Source of the DNA: Pseudomonadota bacterium
Lineage (GTDB): Bacteria > Pseudomonadota > Gammaproteobacteria > Xanthomonadales > Rhodanobacteraceae
Assembly: GCA_048498135.1 (NCBI GenBank)
Contig: JBEHYO010000001.1
Location: forward strand, 45,022-109,021
Reading direction: 5' to 3'
DNA: 64,000 nucleotides
Shown: piece by piece, positions 36,545 through 47,316 of the stretch
How positions within the stretch are numbered: position 1 is the first letter of the stretch
Layout of the letters: the number at the start of each line of letters is the position of its first letter
Position numbers and translations under genes: made by a program
Notes under the pieces: generated by a model
Seen by the model: only the letters and a program-made list of their open reading frames with translations
The model's database searches: none
What the model was told of the DNA's origin: nothing

Positions 36545-37864
36545 CTAATTGTAGGTAGGGGGTGTAGAGGGGGCAAGCAACCGGCGGCGCAGCCAGTCTC
36601 CATCGCCATCCGGGAGGCCGTACAGGGGCTCGACGAGCGCGCGCGGCGCGTCGATGCGGATGCGCCAGCCCGAATCCTCGGGCTCTTCCTCGGCGACGAT
36701 GCCTTGCGCGTGCAGCCGCGCGCGCAGGCGGCCCGACGACGATGGCACGTGCAGCTCGGTGCGAACGCGCTCGGCGCCGAGCTTGTGCTCGATCGCCGCC
36801 TTGAGCCCGTCGAGCCCGGCGCCGGTGACGGCCGAAAGCCACGCACGCGGCGTCCGGCCGCCGTCGATGCTGTCCAGGCGCGGCAGCGCGTCCGGCATCC
36901 GATCGATCTTGTTGAAGACGAGCACCTGCGGCAGATCGCCGGCGCCGATCTCGCGCAGCACCGTATCGACGTCGGCCATGCGATCGTCGCGCTCGGGATC
37001 GGACGCGTCGACGACGTGCAGCAAGAGGTCCGCGTCGCGCGCTTCCGAAAGCGTCGAGCGGAACGCGGCGACGAGATCGTGCGGCAGGTCGCGGATGAAT
37101 CCCACCGTGTCGGCGAGCACGACCGGGCCCGAGGCGAGCCCTTCGAGCCGGCGCACGGTCGGATCGAGCGTCGCGAAGAGCTGGTTCGCCGCGTAGACCG
37201 CCGAACCGGTCAGCGCGTTGAACAGCGTCGACTTGCCCGCGTTCGTGTAGCCGACGAGCGCGACCACCGGCACCGCGTTGCGCTGGCGCGCGCGGCGCGC
37301 CTGGTTGCGCTGCACCTCGACCTTGTCGAGCCGCTTCTTCAAAGCCTTCATGCGCTCGCCGATGATGCGGCGATCGAGCTCGAGCTGCGTCTCGCCCGGG
37401 CCGCGCAGGCCGATGGAGCCGCCGCGCTGGCGCTCGAGATGCGTCCAGCCGCGCACGAGGCGCGTGGACATGTGCTTCAACTGCGCGAGCTCGACCTGCA
37501 GCTTGCCTTCGTGCGAGCGCGCGCGCTGCGCGAAGATGTCGAGGATCAGCCCGGTGCGATCGACGACGCGGCACTCGGTGAGCTTTTCGAGATTTCGTTC
37601 CTGCACGGGCGAGAGCGTGCGATTGACGAGGATCAGGTCGGCGTCGAGCGCCTTCCTCTGCTCGGCGAGCTCCTCGGCCTTGCCGGTGCCGACGAAATAG
37701 CGCGGGTTCGGCTTCTCGACGCGTGCCGTCAGCTGCCCGACGACGCTCGCGCCGGCCGAGCGCGCAAGCTCGCCGAACTCATCGAGAGCGGCGGGGTCGG
37801 CACGGCCCGGCTCCTGCGGCTGCAGCAGCAGCGCGCGTTCGCCTTTTCTGGATCGTTCGAACAG
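36545..37864 (-). CDS. hflX: GTPase HflX (probable non-canonical CTG start)
   Basis: The ORF track begins at GTG 37606. The same frame stays open up to the hfq TAA (37871..37873). That stretch encodes LFERSRKGERALLL...YFVGTGKAEELAE...LSPVQERNLEKL, which aligns with the E. coli HflX N-terminus (MFDRYDAGEQAVLV...YFVGEGKAVEIAE...LSPAQERNLERL). It contains no ATG, GTG or TTG. G-domain motifs GYTNAGKSTLFN, DTVGF and NKID. Confidence 0.85.
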   Translation of the reverse strand: MFERSRKGERALLLQPQEPGRADPAALDEFGELARSAGASVVGQLTARVEKPNPRYFVGTGKAEELAEQRKALDADLILVNRTLSPVQERNLEKLTECRVVDRTGLILDIFAQRARSHEGKLQVELAQLKHMSTRLVRGWTHLERQRGGSIGLRGPGETQLELDRRIIGERMKALKKRLDKVEVQRNQARRARQRNAVPVVALVGYTNAGKSTLFNALTGSAVYAANQLFATLDPTVRRLEGLASGPVVLADTVGFIRDLPHDLVAAFRSTLSEARDADLLLHVVDASDPERDDRMADVDTVLREIGAGDLPQVLVFNKIDRMPDALPRLDSIDGGRTPRAWLSAVTGAGLDGLKAAIEHKLGAERVRTELHVPSSSGRLRARLHAQGIVAEEEPEDSGWRIRIDAPRALVEPLYGLPDGDGDWLRRRLLAPSTPPTYN

Positions 37865-37870
37865 CGGGAT

Positions 37871-38143
37871 TTACTCGTGATGCTCGCCCGCATCGGCCGA
37901 CGCCGGCGCTGTGCCCGTGACGCCTTCGGCGCCGACACGGACATTGCGGGTCGGCACCACGGTCGATATGGCGTGCTTGTAGACCATCTGGCTGACGGTA
38001 TTGCGCAACAGCACGACGAACTGGTCGAACGACTCGACCGTGCCCTGCAGTTTGATGCCGTTGACGAGGTAGATCGATACCGGCACCCGCTCCCGCCGCA
38101 ACGCATTCAGAAAAGGATCCTGCAATGACTGCCCCTTGGCCAT
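37871..38143 (-). CDS. hfq: RNA chaperone Hfq
   Basis: [46 protein letters not shown], with GGAGAAGAAGACC preceding the ATG at 38143. The ORF track start at 38197 is rejected. Confidence 0.95.
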   Translation of the reverse strand: MAKGQSLQDPFLNALRRERVPVSIYLVNGIKLQGTVESFDQFVVLLRNTVSQMVYKHAISTVVPTRNVRVGAEGVTGTAPASADAGEHHE

Positions 38144-38300
38144 GGTCTTCTTCTCCACCAGCAAATCCCCGAACCGGCAAAAAACGGCGCGGCGCAAGCT
38201 GCGCCCGGTCGCCCCGGTTCAACCGTGTACGTGAATCCGTGGAATCATCTTAACGATTTGTTCCGGCAAATAAAATGCCGTACGCCACGGATTCGTCATC

Positions 38301-39251
38301 TCACCGGACGGACGCGAGGAATGCGCCGACCGCCGCGTCGACGCCATGCGCGGCGACCGCCTCGTCGGGATCGAACCAGCGCGCGTCGAGCTCGGCGCGA
38401 AGCCACGTGACCTGGCGCTTGGCGAGCTGCCGGGTCGCGAAGATCGCGCGTTCCCGGAACGTGGGGGCATCCGTCGCGCCCTCAAGATGCTCCCAGGCCT
38501 GGCGGTAGCCGACGGCGCGGAGCGCCGGGAGGTCCGGAGCGAGATCGCCGCGCCGGCGCAGCGCGCGTACTTCGTCGAGGAACCCCGCGGCGAGCATCGC
38601 GTCGAAACGCGCGGCAATGCGCTGATGCAGCGCTCCGCGATCGCGCGGCACGAGCGCGAGCTTGAGGATCCGCCACGGCGGACGCTCGGGCGGGCCGCCG
38701 GTGAGCGCGGACATCGGCCGGCCGGCGAGCTCGATGATCTCGAGCGCGCGCTGGATGCGCTGCGCATCGCCGCGGCGGATGCGTTCGGCCGACGCCGCAT
38801 CGAGCGATCGCAGCCGCTCGTGCAGCGCGGGCCAGCCGATCTTCGCGGCCTCGTCGGCGATGCGCCGACGCACCGCGGGATCGGCCTCGGGCAGCGCGGA
38901 AAGTCCCTGCGCGAGCGCGCGGAAGTAGAGCCCGGTGCCGCCCGCGAGCAGCGGCACGCGCCCTTCGCCCGCGATGGCTTCCATCGCGGCGAGCGCATCG
39001 CTGCGGAACTCGGCGGCCGAGTACGGTTGCGACGGATCGCGAATGTCGATCAGCCGGTGCGGATGGCGCGCGAGCGTCGCCGCGTCGGGCTTCGCCGCGC
39101 CGATGTCGAGCCCGCGATAGACCAGCGCCGAATCGACGCTGACCAGCCCGAGCGGAAACCGCTCGGCGAGCGCGCAAGCGAGCGCGGTCTTGCCGGTCGC
39201 CGTGGCGCCCATGAGGAAGATGGCAAGCGGGCGCGCGTCGGCCTTATGCAT
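38301..39251 (-). CDS. miaA: tRNA dimethylallyltransferase
   Basis: P-loop [30 protein letters not shown] and HHLIDI-type RLIDIRDP. Conserved miaA-hfq order. Confidence 0.9.
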   Translation of the reverse strand: MHKADARPLAIFLMGATATGKTALACALAERFPLGLVSVDSALVYRGLDIGAAKPDAATLARHPHRLIDIRDPSQPYSAAEFRSDALAAMEAIAGEGRVPLLAGGTGLYFRALAQGLSALPEADPAVRRRIADEAAKIGWPALHERLRSLDAASAERIRRGDAQRIQRALEIIELAGRPMSALTGGPPERPPWRILKLALVPRDRGALHQRIAARFDAMLAAGFLDEVRALRRRGDLAPDLPALRAVGYRQAWEHLEGATDAPTFRERAIFATRQLAKRQVTWLRAELDARWFDPDEAVAAHGVDAAVGAFLASVR

Positions 39252-39330
39252 CGCGGGAGTTTAGGGCCTCATGCGTGGCCCATATGTTCGCAGCCCCTAT
39301 AATCCGCCACCCCGCAAGGATTCTCCGCAC

Positions 39331-40368
39331 ATGGCCACCGCAACGATGAAGGCGCTCGTCAAGCGCGACGCCGCGCCCGGCATCTGGATGGAGCAGGTGC
39401 CGGTCCCCGAGATCGGCCCGAACGACGTCCTGATCAAGCTCGAGAAGACCGCGATCTGCGGCACTGACCTGCACATCTACAAATGGGACGAGTGGTCGCG
39501 GCGCACGATCAAGCCGGGCCTCGTGATCGGCCACGAGTTCGTCGGCCGCATCGTCGACATGGGCGCGGGCGTGCGCGGCTACACGGTCGGCCAGCGCGTG
39601 TCGGCGGAGGGCCATGTCGTCTGCGGCGTCTGCCGCAACTGCCGCGCCGGCAAGCAGCACCTCTGCCCGAACACGGTCGGCATCGGCGTGACGCGCAACG
39701 GCGCGTTCGCCGAATACGTCGCCGTGCCGTCCTCGAACCTCTGGCCGATCCCGGATCAGATCCCGAGCGAGCTCGCCGCGTTCTTCGATCCGTACGGCAA
39801 CGCGGCGCACTGCGCGCTCGAGTTCGATCTCATCGGCGAAGACGTCCTCATCACCGGCGCGGGCCCAATCGGCATCATCGCAGCCGGCATCGCCAAGCAC
39901 GTCGGCGCGCGCAACGTCGTCGTCACCGACGTCAACGATTATCGCCTCAAGCTCGCCGCCGACATGGGCGCGACGCGCGTCGTCAACGTATCCAAGCAGT
40001 CGCTCAAGGATGTCGTCAAGGATCTCCACATGGAAGGCTTCGACGTCGGCCTCGAGATGAGCGGCAATCCGCGCGCGTTCAACGACATGCTCGACTGCAT
40101 GTACCACGGCGGCAAGATCGCGCTGCTCGGCCTCCTGCCCAAGGGCGCCGGCATCGACTGGGACAAGGTCATCTTCAAGGGCCTCACGCTGCAAGGCATC
40201 TACGGCCGGCGCATGTACGAGACCTGGTACAAGATGACGCAGATGGTGCTCACCGGCTTCCCGCTCGGCAAGGTGCTGACGCACCAGATCCACATCGACG
40301 ACTTCCAGAAAGGCTTCGACCTCATGGATTCGGGCAATTGCGGCAAGGTCGTCTGTTCGTGGAACTAG
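39331..40368 (+). CDS. tdh: L-threonine 3-dehydrogenase
   Basis: ATG 39331 with AAGGA upstream. [51 protein letters not shown], a structural Zn Cys cluster ([15 protein letters not shown]) and GAGPIG. Confidence 0.9.
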   Translation: MATATMKALVKRDAAPGIWMEQVPVPEIGPNDVLIKLEKTAICGTDLHIYKWDEWSRRTIKPGLVIGHEFVGRIVDMGAGVRGYTVGQRVSAEGHVVCGVCRNCRAGKQHLCPNTVGIGVTRNGAFAEYVAVPSSNLWPIPDQIPSELAAFFDPYGNAAHCALEFDLIGEDVLITGAGPIGIIAAGIAKHVGARNVVVTDVNDYRLKLAADMGATRVVNVSKQSLKDVVKDLHMEGFDVGLEMSGNPRAFNDMLDCMYHGGKIALLGLLPKGAGIDWDKVIFKGLTLQGIYGRRMYETWYKMTQMVLTGFPLGKVLTHQIHIDDFQKGFDLMDSGNCGKVVCSWN

Positions 40369-40428
40369 GCTGCGACGGCGCCGGCGATTCCGCCCGCGCC
40401 GCGACGCCCTGAGCTCCGGGACGCATCG

Positions 40429-41772
40429 ATGTCCGACCGTCGCATCCGCGACCTGATCGAAAACGCGCTCGCCGAGCTCGCGGGCGGCGCGATCGTCGTC
40501 GCGCACAGCGGCGGGCTCGACTCGACGGTGCTCCTGCACGCGCTGGCGCAGTCGCAGCTGGCGCGCGAGCGCGGCCTGCGCGCCGTGCATGTCGATCATC
40601 GCCTGCAGAGCGACAGCGCGATGTGGGCGCGCCACTGCGAAGCGTTCGCCGTGCAGCTCGGCGTGCCGATCGAGATGCTGCGGGCCGACGTCGGGCGCGC
40701 GCCCGGGCTCGGCCTCGAGGCGACGGCGCGCCGCGCGCGCTACGGCGCGATCGAGAGGACGCTCGCCGACGGCGAAATCCTCGCGCTCGCGCACCATCGC
40801 GACGATCAGGCCGAGACGGTCCTGCTGAAACTCCTGCGCGGCGCCGGCCCCGAAGGTCTCGGCGCGATGCGCACGCTGCGCCGCCTCGGCCGCGGCTTCG
40901 CGTGGCGTCCGCTGCTGGCATTGCCGCGCGCGGCACTGCGCAACTACGCCGATCGCCACAAGCTCACGTGGATCGAGGATCCGAGCAACGCGGACGTATC
41001 GCTCGATCGCAATTTCCTGCGCATCGAGGTCCTGCCGCGCATCACGCGGCGCTGGCCCGAAGCCGAGACCAGCATCGCGCAGAGCGCGACATGGGCGCGC
41101 GCGGCCGCCGATTTCATCGACGAGGAAGCCGAGCGCGCGCTCGCGTCGGTGCAGGGTCTCGACCCCGCGACGATGCGCTTTCGCGAATGGCTCGCGCTCC
41201 ACGACGCGCTGCGCGATCCGGTGCTGCGGCGCTGGCTTCGCTCGATCGCGCTGCCGGAGCCGACGCAGTTCCAGGTCGCCGAGCTGGTGCGCCAGCTCGC
41301 CGAAGCGGGCGAGGATCGCCAGCCCTGCGTGCGCTGGCCCGGCGTCGAGGTGCGGCGCTATCGCGATCTTCTCTATGCGCTCGCGCCGCTGCAGTTGCCG
41401 CCGCTCGACTGGACGGACAGCTTCACCGGCGAGCCGCTCGCGCTGCCGGCCGACATCGGCCTCCTGAAGCTCGTACCGCTCGAAGCGCACGCACCGCAGC
41501 CGCGCCTCGCAGAAATCGCGCACGTGCGCTTCCGGCGCGGCGGCGAGAGCCTCAGGCTCGAAGGTGGCGCGCATACGCGCGAGCTCCGCGATCTCCTCCA
41601 GGAAGCGGGCATCCCGCCCTGGCAGCGCAGCCGCCTGCCGCTCGTCTTCGACGGCGACGGCGCACTGCTCGCGGTGGCCGATCTTTGGATCAGCGAGGCG
41701 GGTGCGGCACGCCTCGCGCGCGCAAAAGGCCGGCTCGAATGGTCGGCACGGATCGGTCCCGACGCCCATTGA
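40429..41772 (+). CDS. tilS: tRNA(Ile)-lysidine synthetase
   Basis: PP-loop [20 protein letters not shown] and [18 protein letters not shown]. Confidence 0.85.
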   Translation: MSDRRIRDLIENALAELAGGAIVVAHSGGLDSTVLLHALAQSQLARERGLRAVHVDHRLQSDSAMWARHCEAFAVQLGVPIEMLRADVGRAPGLGLEATARRARYGAIERTLADGEILALAHHRDDQAETVLLKLLRGAGPEGLGAMRTLRRLGRGFAWRPLLALPRAALRNYADRHKLTWIEDPSNADVSLDRNFLRIEVLPRITRRWPEAETSIAQSATWARAAADFIDEEAERALASVQGLDPATMRFREWLALHDALRDPVLRRWLRSIALPEPTQFQVAELVRQLAEAGEDRQPCVRWPGVEVRRYRDLLYALAPLQLPPLDWTDSFTGEPLALPADIGLLKLVPLEAHAPQPRLAEIAHVRFRRGGESLRLEGGAHTRELRDLLQEAGIPPWQRSRLPLVFDGDGALLAVADLWISEAGAARLARAKGRLEWSARIGPDAH

Positions 41773-41852
41773 CGAGGCGGAGGACGCGGCGATCGACCGG
41801 GCCATCGACAGAGCGATTGATCTCGCAACCTCGCTGCGTTAGCGTGCGCGCC

Positions 41853-42098
41853 ATGGCGGCCGCCGAGACATCCCAGATTGCCGATTTCGAGAAGTCGCTC
41901 GACGAGCTCGAGCAGCTCGTCTCGCGCATGGAGCAGGGTGAGCTCAGCCTCGATGATTCGCTGAAGTCGTTCGAGCGCGGCATTGCGCTCTATCGCAACT
42001 GCCAGAGCGCGCTCGAGCAGGCCGAGCTTCGCGTCAAGCAACTGCTCGATCCATCGGCGCCGGAAAGCGCGGTTCCTTTCAATCCGGACACGCCCTGA
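41853..42098 (+). CDS. xseB: Exodeoxyribonuclease VII small subunit
   Basis: [53 protein letters not shown]. It is the last part of composite ORF 40623..42098, in the xseB-ispA arrangement. Confidence 0.85.
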   Translation: MAAAETSQIADFEKSLDELEQLVSRMEQGELSLDDSLKSFERGIALYRNCQSALEQAELRVKQLLDPSAPESAVPFNPDTP

Positions 42099-42112
42099 GC
42101 ATTCTGGTTGCC

Positions 42113-42192
42113 GTCATTCCCGCGAAGGCGGGAATCCATTTTTCTTTCCCGCGCGATCACCGAAAGTGGATTTCCGCTTCTGCGGGAATGAC
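42113..42192. repeat. MITE-like 80-bp palindromic intergenic element, copy A (xseB|ispA)
   Basis: Left arm GTCATTCCCGCGAAGGCGGGAATCCAT. Right arm TGGATTTCCGCTTCTGCGGGAATGAC, which is an inverted copy. Each arm is itself a hairpin (ATTCCCGC-N4-GCGGGAAT). The element ends 6 nt before the ispA ATG. Confidence 0.75.
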
Positions 42193-42198
42193 GAAGCG

Positions 42199-43095
42199 AT
42201 GGGCGTGACCGAGCTTCCGAACGAACTTCTCGACCTTTCCGCGCGCGCAGACGCCGTGCTCGCGCGCGTGCTGCCGCCCGAGGACCAGCCGCCCGCCGAG
42301 CTCCATCGCGCGATGCGCTACGCCGTGCTCGGCGGCGGCAAGCGGCTGCGTCCCCTGCTCGTCTACGCGACCGGGACGACCTTCGGCGCGCCGCCCGAAA
42401 CGCTCGATGCAGCGGCCGCCGCCGTCGAGATCATCCATGCGTACTCGCTCGTGCACGACGATCTGCCGGCGATGGACGACGACAGTCTCCGTCGCGGCCG
42501 CGCGACCTGCCATGTCGTGTTCGGCGAAGCGATGGCGATCCTCGCCGGCGACGCGCTGCAGGCGCTCGCGTTCGACGTGCTCGCGCACGATCCGACGCGC
42601 GATGATCCCGCGACGCACGTCGAGATGCTGCGCGTGCTCGCCGTCGCGTGCGGGTCGCACGGCATGGCCGGCGGACAGGCGTTCGATCTCGCCGCCATCG
42701 GCCGCACGCTCTCGCCGGCCGACCTCGAACGCATGCACGTGCACAAGACCGGCGCGCTGATCCGCGCGTCGGTGCGCCTCGGCGCGCTCGCGGCGGGCGT
42801 TCGCGATGCGCCGACGCTCGATGCGCTCGAGCGCTACGGCCATGCGATCGGGCTTGCGTTCCAGATCCGCGACGACCTGCTCGACATAGAAGGCGGCACC
42901 GAGCAGCTCGGCAAGACGGCCGGCAAGGACGCGGCGGCCGACAAGCCGACCTATCCGTCCGTTTTCGGCGTCGCCGGCTCGCGCACCGAGCTCGCCCGGC
43001 TCGCGGCCGATGCGCTCCATGCCATCGAGCCGCTCGGCGCGTCGGCGGCGCCGCTGGCCGCGCTCGCGCGGTTCGTCGTCGAGCGGCAAAGCTGA
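42199..43095 (+). CDS. ispA: (2E,6E)-farnesyl diphosphate synthase
   Basis: Internal ATG of ORF 41983..43095. GGKRLRPLLV, first DDxxD (LVHDDLPAMDDD) and second (FQIRDDLLD). Confidence 0.85.
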   Translation: MGVTELPNELLDLSARADAVLARVLPPEDQPPAELHRAMRYAVLGGGKRLRPLLVYATGTTFGAPPETLDAAAAAVEIIHAYSLVHDDLPAMDDDSLRRGRATCHVVFGEAMAILAGDALQALAFDVLAHDPTRDDPATHVEMLRVLAVACGSHGMAGGQAFDLAAIGRTLSPADLERMHVHKTGALIRASVRLGALAAGVRDAPTLDALERYGHAIGLAFQIRDDLLDIEGGTEQLGKTAGKDAAADKPTYPSVFGVAGSRTELARLAADALHAIEPLGASAAPLAALARFVVERQS

Positions 43096-43186
43096 ACGCG
43101 CGGCCGCGACCATCGCGCGATGCCTGAAATGCGGCGCGGTGGGCCGGACACGCCGCGCGCGCATCGGCGCGCGGCGCGGCAATGGC

Positions 43187-43621
43187 TCACTTCACGAGCC
43201 GGATCGCGAACGGATAGCGATACTGCTCGCCGTTGTTCGCCTTGACGGCCGCGATGATCGTCAGCACGAACCAGCCGACGAACAGGATGCACGCCGCCGG
43301 CACCGTGATCAGCGCGCCGATGCCGAGCGTGATGAACGTGAAGATGACCAGGCCCACCGCGACGATGACCGCGGTGATGTTGAAGTTGAGCGCTTCCTTC
43401 GCCTGATCGCCCGCGAAAGGCATCGTCTCGCGCTTGACGAGCCAGACGATCAGCGGCCCGATCACGCAGCCGAGGCCGGTGATGAACGCGCTGAATGCCG
43501 AGAGATGGCCGAGCATCGCCCACATGCGCTCGTCGGCGTCGCGCGGCGTGACGGCAGGCGCCGCTTCGGGCGGCGGTTGCGGCGGCGGTGTCGTCGGATT
43601 GACGGTGTCGGTGTCGCTCAT
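43187..43621 (-). CDS. DUF4870 domain-containing membrane protein
   Basis: MWAMLGHLSAF...GPLIVWLVKRE...FAGDQAKEALNFNIT...ANNGEQYRYPFAIRLV, the typical DUF4870 signature. Start at MSDTDT (43621) or at 43651. Confidence 0.7.
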   Translation of the reverse strand: MSDTDTVNPTTPPPQPPPEAAPAVTPRDADERMWAMLGHLSAFSAFITGLGCVIGPLIVWLVKRETMPFAGDQAKEALNFNITAVIVAVGLVIFTFITLGIGALITVPAACILFVGWFVLTIIAAVKANNGEQYRYPFAIRLVK

Positions 43622-43776
43622 TCGCGTGGCTCCGTCGGGGTGACGATTCAACTATTGCGCCGGTGCCCGTCCACTTCAACGGGACGAAAGTCACCCGGGA
43701 AGGAAGTCACCCGGACGAAAGTCATGCCTCGTCGCGCGCCCGCCTGGTTCCAGCGCCGCGGCGAGCGGATCGAGGC

Positions 43777-45171
43777 TTACTCGCCGGCGACGGTCATGCG
43801 GCCGATCAGGATCGATCCGGTCAGGATGTGTGAGCGCCTGTCGACGTCGCTGCCGACCGTCTCGATGCGCTCGAACATGTCGCGCAGGTTCGAGGCGATC
43901 GTGATCTCCTCGACCGGATAGGCGATCTCGCCGTTCTCGACCCAGAACCCGGACGCGCCGCGCGAATAGTCGCCGGTGATCAGCGAAACGCCCTGCCCCA
44001 TGAGCTCCGTGACGACTAGGCCGCGGCCCATGCGCTTGAGCAACGCCTCGAAATCCTCGCTGCCGGGCCTGACGACGATGTTGTGCACGCCGCCCGCGTT
44101 GCCGGTCGATTGCAGCCCGAGCTTGCGCGCCGAGTAGCTGCCGAGGATGTAGCGCTGCAGCACGCCGTCGCGGATCAGCTCGGAATCGCGCGTCGCGACG
44201 CCCTCGGAATCGAATGCCGTCGAGCCGTGGCCGCGCGGGATGTGCGGGCGCTCGGCGATCTGCATCCAGTCGGGAAACACGCGCTTGCCGGCATGGTCGA
44301 CCAGGAAGCTCGCACGCCGGTACAACGCGCCGCCGCTGACGGCCGACAGGAAATGACCGATGACGCCGCGCGCCACCTCGGGCACGAACAGCACCGGGCA
44401 CTCGCGCGTCGACAGCTTGCGCGCGCCGAGCCGCGCCACCGTGCGTTCGGCCGTCTTGCGGCCGATCGACTCGGCCGATGCGAACGCGCTCGCGTCGCGC
44501 ACCGTGTCGTACCAGTAGTCGCGCTGCATGCCGGCGTCGTCTTCGGCGATCAGCGCGCACGACAGCGAATGGCGCGTGCCGCGCTCGGTGCCGCTGAAGC
44601 CGAGCGAGTTCGCGTAGGCGGTCATCGACGCGCCGGCCTGCACGGTGGCGCCTTCGGAATTGTCGATGCGCGGGTCGAACGCACGGCCGGCATCTTCGAT
44701 CTCGATGCCGAGCCTGATCGCGTCCTCGGCGGTGACGCGCCACGGATGCCAGAGGTCGAGATCCGGGAACTCGCGCGCCAGCAGCGCCGGATCGGCGAGG
44801 CCGTTCGCCGGATCCTCTTCGGTGTAGCGCGCGATCGCGACGGCGTGCTCGATCGTCTGCTCGATCGATGTCGGATCGAGATCGGCCGTGTGCGCCGAGC
44901 CCTTGCGGCGGCCGAAGTAGACCGAGAGCGAAACGCCGCGGTCGCGCGTGCGCTCGACGGTCTCGACCTCGCCCAGGCGCACGTTGACGCTGAGGCCCTC
45001 GTCGATGCTCGCGGCGACGTCGGCCTCGCTCGCGCCCTTGGCGCGGCAGCGCCGGATCACGTCCTCGGCGATCTGCTGGAGGCGGCCGAGGTCGGCGGAG
45101 CTGGTATCTTTGTCGATGATGATGTCGTTCACCGTGCCGTTGCCAAACGTTGTGATTGCCTGATGCGCCAC
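43777..45171 (-). CDS. pmbA: Metalloprotease PmbA (TldE)
   Basis: Full-length similarity to PmbA (RDYWYD, GGVHN, ELMGQGVSLITGDYSRGASGFWVENGEIAYPVEEITIASNL). An alternative GTG start at 45132 would remove the overlap with yjgA. Confidence 0.9.
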   Translation of the reverse strand: MAHQAITTFGNGTVNDIIIDKDTSSADLGRLQQIAEDVIRRCRAKGASEADVAASIDEGLSVNVRLGEVETVERTRDRGVSLSVYFGRRKGSAHTADLDPTSIEQTIEHAVAIARYTEEDPANGLADPALLAREFPDLDLWHPWRVTAEDAIRLGIEIEDAGRAFDPRIDNSEGATVQAGASMTAYANSLGFSGTERGTRHSLSCALIAEDDAGMQRDYWYDTVRDASAFASAESIGRKTAERTVARLGARKLSTRECPVLFVPEVARGVIGHFLSAVSGGALYRRASFLVDHAGKRVFPDWMQIAERPHIPRGHGSTAFDSEGVATRDSELIRDGVLQRYILGSYSARKLGLQSTGNAGGVHNIVVRPGSEDFEALLKRMGRGLVVTELMGQGVSLITGDYSRGASGFWVENGEIAYPVEEITIASNLRDMFERIETVGSDVDRRSHILTGSILIGRMTVAGE

Positions 45172-45693
45172 CGCGATCCGCCGCCCGAATTACCCGACGA
45201 AGAACTTCCGCCGAGCCGGAGCCAGCAGCGCCGCGAGGCGCTCGAAGTGTTCAAGCTCGCCGAAACGCTCGCTGCGCTCAGCGATGCCGAGCTCGCGCGC
45301 GTGCCGCTCGCCGACGACGTGCGTGCCGAGGTCGTGCGCACGCGCGCCATCACCTCGCACATCGCGCGCAAGCGCGCGACGCAGTTTCTCGCCAAGCAGC
45401 TGCGCAAACTCGATGAATCCGATATCGAGCCTGTGCGCGCCGCGCTCGACAACGATCGCGCGAAAGCGCATCAGGAGGCCGCCGCGCTGCATCGGCTCGA
45501 AGCATGGCGTGCGCGGCTGGTCGACGAAGGCGACGCGGCGCTCGACGAGCTGCTCGCGCTGCATCCTTCGGCCGACCGCCAGCATCTGCGCCAGCTTGCG
45601 CGCAACGCCCGCGTCGAGCGCGATCGCGGCAAGCCGCTGCATGCCTATCGCGAGCTGTTTCGTGCGCTGCGCGGGTTGTTCGACGCCGCGTAA
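45163..45693 (+). CDS. yjgA: Ribosome-associated protein YjgA (DUF615)
   Basis: PSRSQQRREALEVFKLAETLAALSDAEL...RKRATQFLAKQLRKLD...HRLEAWRARLV. Divergent from pmbA as in E. coli. It is the last part of composite ORF 44083..45693. Confidence 0.8.
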   Translation: MRHRDPPPELPDEELPPSRSQQRREALEVFKLAETLAALSDAELARVPLADDVRAEVVRTRAITSHIARKRATQFLAKQLRKLDESDIEPVRAALDNDRAKAHQEAAALHRLEAWRARLVDEGDAALDELLALHPSADRQHLRQLARNARVERDRGKPLHAYRELFRALRGLFDAA

Positions 45694-45695
45694 CT

Positions 45696-45774
45696 GTCGT
45701 CCCGGCGAAAGCCGGGACCCATTTTGCTCTGGCGACACACGATCAAAATGGATTCCGGCTTTCGCCGGAATGAC
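45696..45774. repeat. MITE-like 79-bp palindromic intergenic element, copy B (yjgA|tldD)
   Basis: GTCGTCCCGGCGAAAGCCGGGACCCAT...ATGGATTCCGGCTTTCGCCGGAATGAC. Same architecture and length as copies A and C, with compensatory changes that keep both arm hairpins. It starts 3 nt after the yjgA stop. Confidence 0.75.
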
Positions 45775-45797
45775 GGAGAGTGTGCGTGCGGGGCCGC

Positions 45798-47240
45798 TCA
45801 AGCCGCCGTACCGCCGACGGTCATCCGGTCGATCCGCAACGTCGGCTGCCCGACGCCTACCGGAACGCTCTGTCCGTCTTTCCCGCAGACGCCGACGCCT
45901 TCGTCGAGCCTGAGGTCGTTGCCGATCATCGAGACGCGCTTCAGCACCTCGGGTCCCGAGCCGACCAGCGTCGCGCCCTTGACGGGCCGCGTGATCCTGC
46001 CGTCCTCGATCAGGTACGCCTCGCTCGCCGAGAACGTGAACTTGCCGTTCGTGATGTCGACCTGTCCGCCGCCGAAATTGACCGCGTAGAGGCCCTTCTT
46101 GACCGACGCCAGGATCTCGCCCGGATCGCGTTCGCCCGGCAGCATGTAGGTGTTCGTCATGCGCGGCATCGGCAGGTGCGCGAACGATTCGCGGCGGCCG
46201 TTGCCGGTCGGCGCCATCTTCATCAGGCGCGCGTTGAGCTTGTCCTGCATGTAGCCTTTCATGACGCCGTTCTCGACGAGCACGGTGCAGTTCGTCGGCA
46301 CGCCTTCATCGTCGATCGACAGCGAGCCGCGACGTCCCGCGAGCGTGCCGTCGTCGACCACCGTGACGCCGGGCGCCGCGACCTTCTCGCCGAGCATGCC
46401 GGCGAACGCCGAGGTGCCCTTGCGGTTGAAATCGCCCTCGAAGCCGTGGCCGATCGCCTCGTGCAGCAGCACGCCGGGCCAGCCGGGGCCGAGCACGACG
46501 GGCATGTTGCCGGCGGGCGCATCGACCGAATCGAGATTGACGAGCGCGACGCGCACGGCCTCGCGCGCGAACCCGTGCGCGCGGCCGTTCCCGAGCAGTT
46601 CCTTGAAGCCGTAGCGACCGCCGCCGCCGGCGCTACCCGATTCGCGGCGGCCGTTCTGCTCGGCGATGACCTGCACGTTGATGCGCACGAGCGGGCGCAC
46701 GTCGGCCGCGAGCGTGCCGTCCGACGAGGCGAGCAGGATCGTTTCGAGGCTTGCGGCGACGCTCGCGATGACCTGCTTCACGCGCGGATCGAGCGAGCGG
46801 CAGAGCGCGTCTATTTCGCGCAGCAGCGCGATCTTGTCCTCGCTCGACAGCGTTTCGATCGGATCGATGGCGGGATACAGCGCGCGGCCCGTCGTGACCG
46901 CGAGCGGCTTGCCGATGCCGTTCGCGCTCGCCTGCGCGATCGCGCGCGCGGAGCCCGCCGCTTCGAGCAGCGACGGCAGCACGATCTCGTCCGAATACGC
47001 AAAGCCGGTCTTCTCGCCCGACAGCGCGCGCACGCCGACGCCCTGCTCGATCGAGTGGTTGCCTTCCTTGACGATGCCGTCCTCGAGCACCCAGGACTCG
47101 CTGCGCGAATGCTGGAAGTAGAGATCGGCCGCGTCGATCGACGGGCCGGTCAGCCGCGCGAAGACGCGCTCGAGGTCGTTCGTCGAAAGGCCGCCGGGGC
47201 GCAGCAGGCGGTGTTCGGCCTGCGTCAGGAGTTCGGTCAT
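45798..47240 (-). CDS. tldD: Metalloprotease TldD
   Basis: [13 protein letters not shown]... at the internal ATG (the ORF track TTG start is at 47315). [11 protein letters not shown] zinc motif and [20 protein letters not shown]. Confidence 0.9.
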   Translation of the reverse strand: MTELLTQAEHRLLRPGGLSTNDLERVFARLTGPSIDAADLYFQHSRSESWVLEDGIVKEGNHSIEQGVGVRALSGEKTGFAYSDEIVLPSLLEAAGSARAIAQASANGIGKPLAVTTGRALYPAIDPIETLSSEDKIALLREIDALCRSLDPRVKQVIASVAASLETILLASSDGTLAADVRPLVRINVQVIAEQNGRRESGSAGGGGRYGFKELLGNGRAHGFAREAVRVALVNLDSVDAPAGNMPVVLGPGWPGVLLHEAIGHGFEGDFNRKGTSAFAGMLGEKVAAPGVTVVDDGTLAGRRGSLSIDDEGVPTNCTVLVENGVMKGYMQDKLNARLMKMAPTGNGRRESFAHLPMPRMTNTYMLPGERDPGEILASVKKGLYAVNFGGGQVDITNGKFTFSASEAYLIEDGRITRPVKGATLVGSGPEVLKRVSMIGNDLRLDEGVGVCGKDGQSVPVGVGQPTLRIDRMTVGGTAA

Positions 47241-47316
47241 GTGGGGGATATGCGTTTGCGAGAGGGCTCGCGGATAGCCCTCAGGTTGGGCCGGTGAAGG
47301 TAGGCCACAAGGCAAA

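Noticed and set aside
39331-43095. Missing usual partners: tdh without an adjacent kbl, and xseB-ispA without a downstream dxs.
   Set aside because: The partner genes may simply lie elsewhere in the genome. Absence from a 64-kb window is not informative.
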